NCBI RefSeq assembly: GCF_000315625.1
Contig: NW_005434603.1
Location: 1 to 64,000, forward strand
DNA: 64,000 nt
Reading direction: 5' to 3'
Origin: Guillardia theta CCMP2712
Taxonomy: Eukaryota; Protista; Cryptophyta
Shown here: positions 25,633-35,559 of the stretch, piece after piece
Position numbering within the stretch: position 1 is the first letter of the stretch
Layout: the number at the start of each line of letters is the position of its first letter
The notes under the pieces: generated by a model
Seen by the model: only the letters and a program-made list of their open reading frames with translations
The model's database searches: none
What the model was told of the DNA's origin: nothing
Translations under genes and position numbers: made by a program

Positions 25633-27244
25633 GTGTTAGCCGCGAAAGATGGTTATTCCGAAATCAGTACGGCGGCATGCAGGAGCAGATGCAGAACAAG
25701 CGCTGGCCTTGTATGGCTTCAGCTGATTATCTTGACGGCATGGCAAGTGTCGACACGGCTAGCCCTCGCTGATCCCTTGCCATGCGGAAGCAAGTCCGTC
25801 AGAGCTGATCCTCCTGCTGTTTGTAAGGGGCCTGCCCCTCCTAGTCGCGACGACGGAGTGATCACCATGGAACGAGACTTGAAGGTGAAGCAGGAGATGA
25901 GAAAGAGAAGGCAAGAAGAAAGTCCTCAGATGACAGCGACGAACAAACGTGCTGCTAAGAGGAAGACATCTTCTGATCAAGGAGAATCCGCAGGCAATCA
26001 TGCCAGGTCGAGCTGGGGCGAGTCGACGAAGACATCGTTCATGTCGCACTTCGAGAAGAGCAAGGTCAAGGGAGCCAGCAGGACGTCTCTCGAGTCTGAC
26101 AAGTCCGGACATGAAGTCGAACAAGGCAAGGTGACTGCTAGCGCTGCAGTCAGCAAGCACAGGAAAGCCAGTCATCCGGATCAAGGCAATAACAGCAAGA
26201 AACGACACGAAAGGGGGCCGAAAGGGACAGAACCCACTTCCAGCATTCACAACCATCCATTCCCGACTGAGTACGGGGATCACTTCGAGACAAGCAAAGT
26301 CGCGATTCACGATATAGCGCCGATCTTGCAACAATTCGCCAAAGTGTCTGGGAAACAAGCTTCCTCCCTGGCTATTTATGATCCTTATTATTGCGACGGT
26401 TGCTCATCCTTCTCTCGCTATCCCCCCTTGTAATCTTGAATGTGTCCAGGTGCTGTCATCGAGCATTTTCGCCAGGAAGGCTTTCATAACGTGCACAATC
26501 TGAACGTGGACTGTTACCAGGTTCTCTTGCCTCTGGGCCTCTCGAAGGGATGGGGGGTATGATACTTGCATGCCAGGTCTGGAAGAGTGCAACAACCTCG
26601 AGTGATTTCGGTGTCTTGACGTGTGTCTCGTCTATCATCTCTTGACTCATGTCACAGATATCGTCGTGACGAATCCCCCTTTCTCGGGCGATCACAAGCA
26701 GAAGTGTTTAGAGCATTGCGGTACGTGTCTTACCGTCAAAGGTCGCCGAGTGCCCTCACTGTGCTGAGGACAGTCAAGAGGGAGCAAGCGTGGATGGTGC
26801 TGCTTCCTGCATACTGCGCAACCAAGAACTATTTTCAAGAGCTGATGAGCAATTGGAAGGAAAGAGGAAAAGTGTTCTACGGGATACCGAAGGTAAAGCA
26901 TGGTCAAGACATGACTGTCACGGTAACGTTAATCTTTTCAGGTAAGATACGATTTCGAACACCCAGAAGGCACAGGCCATGCTGTCAGCCCCTTTTTTTC
27001 GATCTGGTTTGTTTACCTGGGCAAACATACCGAAGAGATCTTCTCTTGGTACAAGAAACGATATGGTAGAAGTACCTGCTCTCGTGATTTTTGTCTTTCT
27101 CACGGGCACTTAGGCGACGAAGGCCCTCTGAAGCTCGCGCGCACTGTAGAGGACCTTGCAGCCAACAAAGCTGTAGACAACAGAAAGAGGCTGAATCCTC
27201 GACAGCGTGCTGCTCTTAAGAAGAAGAAACAGATCCTGCCCTGA
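25633..27244 (+). CDS. Putative SAM-dependent N6-adenine (amino) methyltransferase
   Basis: Motif-I-like IYDPYYCDG followed after splicing by motif IV DIVVTNPPFSGDH (NPPF at 26672-26683). Basic C-terminus KRLNPRQRAALKKKK. The start is uncertain. Confidence 0.7.
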
Positions 27245-27481
27245 TGAGCCTGGCGCGGAAAAGGTGGGTTTGCAGCGGAGATTAGCATGCAGAAGATTGT
27301 GAGAACGAAGAAAGGATGATTCTTTAATTCTAGTCTCAGTTTTGCAAGAGAGGCTCTCGTTCCTCATTTTAATCCCCAGCATGCATCTGAAGAGGTCCAA
27401 AATGTCTCAGCAAAAGATAACAGACTACTTTAGGAACAAAGACAAGGGAAGATCGAGAGAAATCGATCCTACCGACCTCTT

Positions 27482-28268
27482 TTATCGCTGCTCGACGTTG
27501 TTGAGAATCCCGGATGAGAGGATCGCAGCAATCGCAGCAATGCCTGCGGCAGCAACGCCGCCGATCTGGAGCAAGGTCGAGGTCAGACTCTGGATCAAAC
27601 CGCGGAGATCCTCCTTCATACCAGGGCAGTGCTCTGTCCCGAACTCTCAGGATCCTGAACCTAGACACAACAAGCTTCAGGCTTCCAACAGGAGCGATCG
27701 AGAAACGCCTGGGATAGCTCACACCTGCATCTTGGGCTCAACCGCCCACACATTGCTCTTTCCATCGGCATCAACCGAGGCACCCATCCTCTTGGGAGAA
27801 GCCGGCTGCGCCACAAGAATGCGTTACATGTCGTCAAACATACAGTGGAGTGTGGTAATGATTTCAGCGCCTTCCTCGCAAAACGACATTCGATGTCACA
27901 TCAAAGCTAGAGCATGAACGACCGTGCTACACAGAAATAATCCTTCCACATCGTGCACGAGAAAACAAGAACGGGCCATGAAGCACAGGACAGAACTTGT
28001 TAATAATTGTTCAGATTATGGTAGCAATGTCTTGTGTGAAAAGACGAAATCCGAAACAAGGCCAGTAAAGCCCAGAGATGTTGCTTACCCCATCGTTGTC
28101 TTGCATCCTGAGAGCAAGGCATGCAGGAGCCTTCCTGCTGGAAGGGCCAACCATGGTTGCCTTAGCAGAAAGGGAGGCAGAAGGAGCCAGCATGGGAGGA
28201 GCTCCTCCCATGAAAGCTTCGGTTCCCGCCACCATTGTCGCCGCAATGACGCCCCAGCTTGCTCGCAT
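27482..28268 (-). CDS. psb34: Plastid-targeted Psb34/Ssl1498-like photosystem II protein
   Basis: Signal peptide ending TEA-F plus transit peptide, conserved-looking SVDADGKSNVWAVEPKMQ, and a single C-terminal TM helix (LLQIGGVAAAGIAAIAAIL). Confidence 0.65.
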
Positions 28269-28689
28269 CGTCGTCGGATACCTAACCCCTGACACCACCC
28301 CTTTCTTTACCGACTCAGACTCACCCCTACCCCTGTTTTCCCATGAGGATACGTACAAGCGGCCTACAATCAGGAGTACCCCCACCCCACACCAGATCTT
28401 ATGCTCCGCCTCCCTGTCCTTATTTGTCACATAACCCCACATTAGAGTACCCCACCCATCTTTGGATTGGCCTCTCCACCCCTTCTATGTCTTCACCACT
28501 ACCCACCCCCATTATGAGACAACCACATACTCACCTCCCCTACCTCCCCCCCCTCCTTCCGGTACCTCAGCGAATTCTGGGTACCATCGTTGAAGACGCG
28601 TGCCCCCTTCTCTCTACCCCTACTTTGGCTATGAAACACACCCGTCATTCTCTACCCCACCCACCAACACCAGTCAAGAGGTGAGCGGA

Positions 28690-29320
28690 GGCCGCCAGGC
28701 AGCCGGCAACCTGTTTGAGCTTCGACAGGGTTCATGGGGGTCAGGGGGGTACGGTAGTCAGTCGCCGTTAGCCCGGGCACTGAGCGCCATCGGATCGGAC
28801 CGGACTTCGGTCGCTCCCGGGCCCGGCCCGGCGGCCCGGACTCGGACTCCTGTGCCGGACCGAGTCCGACGGTCCCGGCTGATACTGGCGACCCGGGCCC
28901 GGGGCCCGCCCGCTCCGAGTCCACACATCATGTGCCGGGAAGGCTTGCAAGTGCCTAGAGATCATTCAACCGATACGGATGTTCAAGCTCGACTCTCAAA
29001 ACCGTGGCCCAACTTGACGTGACACGTGACCGTGACAGGCCGCAAGGCCCGGCCCCCGATCATCGGACTCCCGGATGAGAACTCCCGGCGAGTCACTGAC
29101 TGAGAGGACGGGCTACCACGGCGGCCGGGACGACGCACGGCGGCCGGAAGCCTGCCGCGGGGGTCAACTTGTGACACTGCTGATTCATTTAACTAGGCTT
29201 CGGAAGCCTACGGGGTGACGGTCAAACTTCCGCCGTAAGAGCCCGGTCTGAAATATTTGACAATCATCTTGAATCGAAAGGCAGAATCATTCCGATCGGA
29301 TCGGACCGTGGCAAGTAAGA
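28690..29320. repeat. GC-rich palindromic island
   Basis: Same texture as the other islands. Includes a perfect hairpin TAGGCTTC-G-GAAGCCTA at 29194-29210. Confidence 0.7.
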
Positions 29321-30046
29321 CACAGTGTGACACTCAAGCCAAGAGAGGGTGTTGAGAGTACTGATCGGAGCTAGTCTCACCTCAGGCTACGTCAAACAGT
29401 TGATGACAGTGGCGGCTCCATGCACTGCACACTGACAGGTGCCGCAGTGGAAGGTATTCATGGGGACATCAACAGCTGTGATAGGGATGACGTAGGAGGA
29501 CGTGGCCATGAGGACGACAGCAGGAGCTTAGGAATCATGGGAGACAGCAGGCGATAAGAGAGTCAGCTTACATGAGACCACTGCCAGGAGGACTGCATAC
29601 GATAGGATGGCAGTGGCCCAGGGTCAGTAACGGCTAGGGGGATTCGGAAGTCACAGTATCACCCCTGGGGTCACCGAGTCTTGCCAGGACACACTGAGGA
29701 ACCGGGCCGGGCAAGGCCGCAGCCTGGGTCTGATCGGAGACAGTAGTATCAGATTTATTCTACTGGAGGCCATATGAGGCCCTGAGGAGGCACGGGACAG
29801 CCTCGTATCAGGAGAAGAGAAGGTTATAGAGAACACACTGAGGGATCTGTCAAGACCAAGGGAGCAGCTGGATCGTCTTGACAGAGAGCGTTGGAAAGGA
29901 GATGGTAGAGCTTGTCATGCCAAGCCTATGGCTGTTTCTCAGGACACCTTCAAGCTAGGGGACTAGGACCCGCACCGGTAGAAACCATATCACGGATAAG
30001 AAGCGCAGAGTACCGTTAGTAGTAGTTCCCAGGACCAGGAGGGGCC

Positions 30047-30437
30047 GACATTCACAAACGGAAGGCTGTCGATCGTTTCTTTGAGACGATGAAGGAAAGA
30101 AAGGAAGGTCTGTCTGAGCCAATCATTGCCTATGGAGCTGCCTCTTTCAGTGCCGGTGGGAACAACGAGAAGGCGGTCCCCTCCAAGTGGATCAAACAAC
30201 ATTGCCGCAAAGCTTTCAAACGCGTGGTTGATGTTGATGAGAAACATACGACTGCCTATTGAGTCATCGATGTGGCACGAAATTACCAGTATTTCATCTC
30301 GAGAGAGGGACGGTGCGAGGGTTGAAATGGTGTGAGTCCACCCTTGTGTGTCTCGTGACATCAATGCTGCACTGAACTTTCTTTTTCGATGCCAAGAGAC
30401 AGAAAAAGAGACTTTCATGTGTGAGCATGGTCACTAA
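30047..30437 (+). pseudogene. Fanzor/TnpB-like RuvC nuclease, C-terminal fragment (frameshifted)
   Basis: Manual translation gives DIHKRKAVDRFFETMKERKEGLSEPIIAYGAASFSAGGNNEKAVPSKWIKQHCRKAFKRVVDVDEKHTTAY, then after a +2 shift CHRCGTKLPVFHLERGTVRGLKWCEST, then after another shift VSRDINAALNF. These are RuvC-II, a zinc ribbon and RuvC-III. Confidence 0.85.
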
Positions 30438-30790
30438 ACTAAACTATATGAGCTGATGCTCTTGCCATCCGCCTGGTAGTTTTCCGGGGATGTAAACCCT
30501 CCCATGCCATTGCTCAAGGCCATCACCACACCGCTCAGGACGGAGCTCAGATGCATCATTTCCTTGTGTATGTTCATGGTCTGCATCCTCTTGGAGGTGA
30601 GATCGGCAAACACATCCAACGCCTCCACCTTGCTATCGAGATTTTCCAAGTGTCGCTTAATCTTCTCCTTCGTCTGCTTGCCTTCGGAGATGACTATGTT
30701 GTCCATCTCCTTCAGTTTCTTCAAGGTGACTGTAACCTTCTACATGCTCTATACCCTGTTGGACCGGGATGAGCTCGGCTCGAGCCAGTG
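30434..30790 (-). pseudogene. Coiled-coil ORF fragment
   Basis: KKLKEMDNIVISEGKQTKEKIKRHLENLDSKVEALD... heptad pattern. The upstream part is in another frame. Confidence 0.35.
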
Positions 30791-31329
30791 TCCATCACAT
30801 AGCTAAGTTTCAATATGACAAGTATCAATGTGTTTGCCTAGCTGCAATTTATTGCTATGGAGGGATTAGAGTGGCTGATGCGAATGATCACATGCACGCT
30901 TAATAGAATCATCTGAGTGACCTGTCAGCACCATCATCATCAAATTGTAGGATACGACGTTTTGCAAACCAAGAATACGAGAGCTCAGACTTTATTTACA
31001 GCGCGTGTGTGCAATTGCTCTATTTTACATGCATGCACAATGGCCTTTCTTCCTTGTCATGAATCATACCTTGTAACTGCGATGTTGTATCTTTTAGTTC
31101 AAGTTCAAACTTTGGAACTACAATATCGTATGGAAAACCGATACAAGGTCTGATCATAATCAGAAAGTGAAGCTATGATTGCAATGCGACAATCAGTTTT
31201 TGGACGAGCAGAGAAGCATATCGAATATTGCCTGATACATTCCCACTGAAAGCATATTTCACCAATCAGGTTACCAAAATTTCAAGCTTCCAAAGTTCCG
31301 ATTTATAATCAACTAGGGCTGCAACGCCG

Positions 31330-31709
31330 GATGCTTACCTGCCCCTGATGACAGTAACAAGGAGTCATCAGAATAAACCTTGCATCATGAGACTGCTGAT
31401 GACAGTCGATCTCCAGATACATACAGATCAATGATCGCTAATAGCTGAAAGTGGACCTGGAGGTAGGAGCAAGTGCAATGACGTATGCTGCTGGCGTGAC
31501 AAACGAAGATAGGCGGCCATCCGATGTCATCCTCTTGAGATTTTACGCGAGGATGCGCCAAAAGGTATTGATGCCTTGAAGCACCTTTGATGCACTGCAG
31601 CGGCAGGAGCAAGCTTGAAGACGGAGCTGAGGTATTCGATGTTGCATGCTGATGAAACAAAAGATGGTGCTTGTCTGTTATCTTCAGTTATCAGGGGCAG
31701 GTAAGCATC
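31330..31709. mobile_element. 380-bp MITE-like element with perfect 20-bp terminal inverted repeats
   Basis: GATGCTTACCTGCCCCTGAT at 31330-31349 and its exact reverse complement at 31690-31709. Confidence 0.65.
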
Positions 31710-32459
31710 AAGAATACCGTCCAAACACCCAACACAATGACGGAACACATGACTAGGGCCTAAAGTCGAGAACCCGTGTGCGATTTTGTGAAGCCGAGCA
31801 ACATCATCCAAGGGAAAATCCAATGGGAATTGCTCATTGATGGCATGCACTACTCTACGCACAGAATCTCGAAACGCGGTTACACTTATACCATGCACCA
31901 GAACAATGTCCAGATACGATCCACCAGCCAGCCATCGCAACGTTACAGCCAGCATGATCTCTGGTGTAACCATGTCTCCACGACGAGATGCCATTTTATC
32001 ATTCTTGGACAAATGAGGTCGAATGCGATCTAACAAGATATTGAATGTGTTGATTCCAAGACGATAATACCGCTTGAAGGTAACCCCATGTAACTTTGTT
32101 TGTAAATGGTGCCATTCAACCCTCGGAGATTCGGCGAACATTGTTCGTCGACGTTTGATGGGACGATTGTGGTTGATGTCATCATGCAACGAGGACATGT
32201 GCTGCTGAGCCACTCTTTTAAGCTGTCGTTGTCTCACAAGAGGAATGAGACAGGCAAACTTTTGCAAGAGTTGAGCCAAAATCGTCAAAACTTCAAGGAT
32301 TTCTGCGATCAAATCCAGATACTGTTCTTTCTTTCTGGCAGTCATCGAAGTTTTCCGCCTTGCAAGAACAGTAGGTGTTGATGCTTGTATCAATGAAGTG
32401 ACTGCTTGTACTCCGTCAACGGTATCATTCAAAGATACTTGTTCATTTTCTTCAGCCAT
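31710..32459 (-). mobile_element. PIF/Harbinger-type (DDE_Tnp_4/HARBI1-like) transposase, 3'-truncated
   Basis: FKRYYRLGINTFNILLDRIRPHL...PEIMLAVTLRWLAGGSYLDI...HGIS...VVHAIN...FP...IAHGF...CVGCLDG. Similarity stops right after the first catalytic Asp. Confidence 0.9.
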
Positions 32460-33000
32460 GGATGCAGCGTACCTCCTGTGTCGGGTGGACTGCAGGGTAT
32501 TCCCGCCTAAAAATTCAAATTTGAAAGTAAAGCGAAACAGATCTATTTCAGAAACAATGAATCTGAAACTATTTATAGCAAAAAGAGTCTTTTCGCTCAT
32601 GGATTCGCGATACGCTGTCAGCAGTGACTCTATTCGTACTGATCTTTAACTAAAGTTTTGACTCTCATGAATGATCTCCGGGTATCATAGATCCTATCTC
32701 GCCCCATCACTCGGTATAACCTGGCATTATTGTCCTCAAACTGATTTTTAACTTTTAACTTGAGTACACAAAGGCAAGGCAGGGTAGATCTCCCGTCAAT
32801 CTCCCTTGAACCTGAACTTCCTTCCGTCGTCCCTCGTCCCGTTCGTGAGCCTTCGCTCTTCTTCTCGCAGCTCCTTGCTACATTCAGGCTTCCTCAGAGT
32901 CACTAGATCCTTCAGAAGCTCTATCGGCCACACAGTCAGACAGCTTCCTGCACTTTCCTTACTCGTTTGCAAACACACTTCGAACGCTCTTTGCACAAAC

Positions 33001-33687
33001 ATGGAGCCCGGGTACATGAGCGCTTGGGGCGATTTGCCTGATATCGTATCGCCACCACTCCACGCAGCAGATTCCTTGCCGATTGCCAGCACAGTGTCCA
33101 CGCCCCGCATTCCCCTGAAATCCAGCAGGGGTGTAGGCACGGCTCGCTGTAGGAAGCTAGCAGTAGACACCGCCGTCCGCATCTTCAGAGAGCGGATGAC
33201 CCTTGACGCGAAGAGCAAGTTCGTCGAGAGCGAGTTAGTAGGGAGAATGTATGGGGTGAACTCAAAGACTGTTCGCGACATCTGGGACAGGAGGTCGTGG
33301 GCAAAGCAAACTGAATTCTTGGTTGTCCACAATAAGGCGGCCGAAACAGGGCAACAGGACCGAGAGGAGGGAGACAACGGGACCCAAGGAGTAGCATGCT
33401 GTGAGATCGAGCAGCCTGTATCGATTGTCAGTTCTCCTCTGAGCAAATCTGAGATAGAAGGGTATTCGACACATTCTCAAGTCTTGGAAATGAAGGACTC
33501 GATTTTTGTTTTCGAGCCGAGCTGGGAGGCAACAGCATCATCTATTGAGTCTGTGGAGATGTGGACGGCAGGAAAGGAAGATCATGTCGTGAAGGCGATG
33601 GAGTACGCGGAAGAGTTTGGCTCGACACCTGAGGACTTGAGCGACTGGTGTTTAGACCCAAGAGGGAACGGGAGCCCGACACTGTGA
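33001..33687 (+). CDS. Helix-turn-helix protein of a cryptophyte-expanded family
   Basis: Intronless ORF with LAVDTAVRIF...SELVGRMYGVNSKTVRDIWDRRSWAKQT (HTH-like) and an acidic tail. Confidence 0.7.
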   Translation: MEPGYMSAWGDLPDIVSPPLHAADSLPIASTVSTPRIPLKSSRGVGTARCRKLAVDTAVRIFRERMTLDAKSKFVESELVGRMYGVNSKTVRDIWDRRSWAKQTEFLVVHNKAAETGQQDREEGDNGTQGVACCEIEQPVSIVSSPLSKSEIEGYSTHSQVLEMKDSIFVFEPSWEATASSIESVEMWTAGKEDHVVKAMEYAEEFGSTPEDLSDWCLDPRGNGSPTL

Positions 33688-34977
33688 TGCTTGCGTCCGT
33701 AGGAATCGGGCTCTCTCCACCAGTGATCAACAAGAAGGCGTTGCTTCAACAGACAGGAAGCTTCTACAGTGGATTGTAAGTCATACTCTGAATTGAAAGA
33801 AAGGAACGCACCTAGCATGGCGGCAGGAGGACCCGTGGTACAGAGCTTCAGAAGAACGACTGAGTCTTGTGTTGCTCTCAAGCGCATAACATGTAAATTT
33901 TCATAGAAGAAAGTATAGTTTCCGAAGATGCCATAGAATGTTTTCAATGAGCTCACTATCAGTTGGAGGTATCTCACTCCAGCTCAAAACAGCCTTTCCG
34001 AGGACGCCGACGCATGCAGGGTGACTATGGAGGACATGACAGATGGTAAGTCTGATTTCACCCACATGTAGACTGACACGAGCTGTTCTAATATATTCGA
34101 CGACACATTATGTTTCTCTGCAAACAACCTCCCTCAATCCGCGCCTTGAGACAGCAAGTCTTCACACTGAGAGAAATCGAACCCGATATGTTCTTGTGCA
34201 GTGTCATTCCAGTATGCACAACCATCAAGATCGTTAGGATATTCCTCAGACACGTGTCGTCTCCACCAGAAAAAGAGCTCGACCTCGCAATCTTCGAGGC
34301 AGACATCCAGCGGGGTCATCGATGGAGGAAGATAACCAGGGCGATCAAGGAAGTAGACACTTGTAGGAGTTGAGGAAGGAGAGTGGTGTTAGGGGAGCAG
34401 AGCAAGGCAGGAGAAAGAGATGAAGAGGAAGAGAGCGATCTACCTTTCCTTCACCCTCTCCAAAGACATTCAGTCGATGCTGCACAAACTCTGGTTCATC
34501 TCGAGACCGTCGAGAGAGGACGGAAGCAGAGAGCCGCTGAGGAAGGCGCGAGAACGAAGAGAATGGATGAGGCAGAAGAGAAGACATGTCAAGAGAGAGA
34601 GCGGCTCTCTATCACCCACGTCTTTCATTGAGATGAGCCATGGAGCTGGCTTAAACCTGGTATCAGTATGCTGGGCCTTTGAATAAAGGTTATGTTATGA
34701 CTCCCTAGCCAACTGTCGTGTATTGCCAACGATCGCAGGTTTAGGAGAGCAACAATAATTGTCAGTAGCTTGGGATGTTTGATAAAGTGATCGACAAGTT
34801 ATTCGTCGAGAGTCTCTCTGGGTCTCTCCGAGGCAACTGACTGACACCAATGAATGTGTTACATCATTCGTGACAAAAGTGATCCGATCGCAGTTTGAGG
34901 CGAGCGTCTGACAGGTTTATACGAGTCTTTCGCATCTATTTGTCAGTGTTTCCTTTCTCGGTGGTTGTGACAACGAC

Positions 34978-35043
34978 CGCAGGCTCAGGAGCAAGGTAAG
35001 GGGCAGCACTCGCAGGCTCAGGAGCAAGGTAAGGGGCAGCACT
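34978..35043 (+). repeat. Perfect 33-bp tandem duplication
   Basis: CGCAGGCTCAGGAGCAAGGTAAGGGGCAGCACT x2. Confidence 0.95.
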
Positions 35044-35559
35044 CTTGGCTAGGCTTTTTTAGCCTTGATCGGGTGGTTTCCTGGAGGCATGGACCCCCCC
35101 TTTTAAGAGAAACTACCGGTCGTCTTAGGACAACGGCCGCCAATTCGAAGGGATCACTCAATTTTTGTTGATAGTCAAGAATCGTTAGATCTAAGAGATT
35201 TTTGGACTATTTTACGACTATTTTAGCAATAAAATGCTTATATTGATAACAGAATTTGAGGTTGGAATGCTCAACCACGACGCCATGGTTGCAGATGGGA
35301 TGCAGAAGGGGCGACGCCGCGATGGCAGTGCTCAGAGAGGAAGGAGGGGACTTGGAGAGCAGTAGCAGGGCAGCACTGTAGGATGGTAAGAGGGATGTGC
35401 GATCTGAGGAACAGGTGTGGGGGGTGAGCTATGCAGTGCAGTCAAAGAAAACGTGTTTGGACAAACTTGATGCCGGAGGGATGGAGCGAAACTGAATCGA
35501 GGTGACCAAAGGTGAAGTGATAGGAGAAAAGCTCAGACTATCGGACTCCCTTGCCCATC

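Noticed and set aside
29330-30046. N-terminal part (RuvC-I) of the Fanzor
   Set aside because: I found no DPG-type RuvC-I motif in the frames read. The sequence looks like an unrelated decayed fragment.
30438-30800. Fanzor omegaRNA downstream of the RuvC fragment
   Set aside because: The region is occupied by an opposite-strand coding-like relic. No element end or conserved structure can be supported from one copy.
31527-32600. Intact 357-aa transposase as given by the ORF track
   Set aside because: Only the first catalytic Asp is present, and the last ~60 codons come from the inserted TIR element.
32635-32767. Terminal motif as the Harbinger's own TIR
   Set aside because: Both copies are on the + strand reading away from the transposase, and no partner was found on the other side.
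34020-34690. Short ORFs between the HTH and C2 genes
   Set aside because: No recognisable motif or consistent exon chain. A small gene cannot be excluded but is unsupported.
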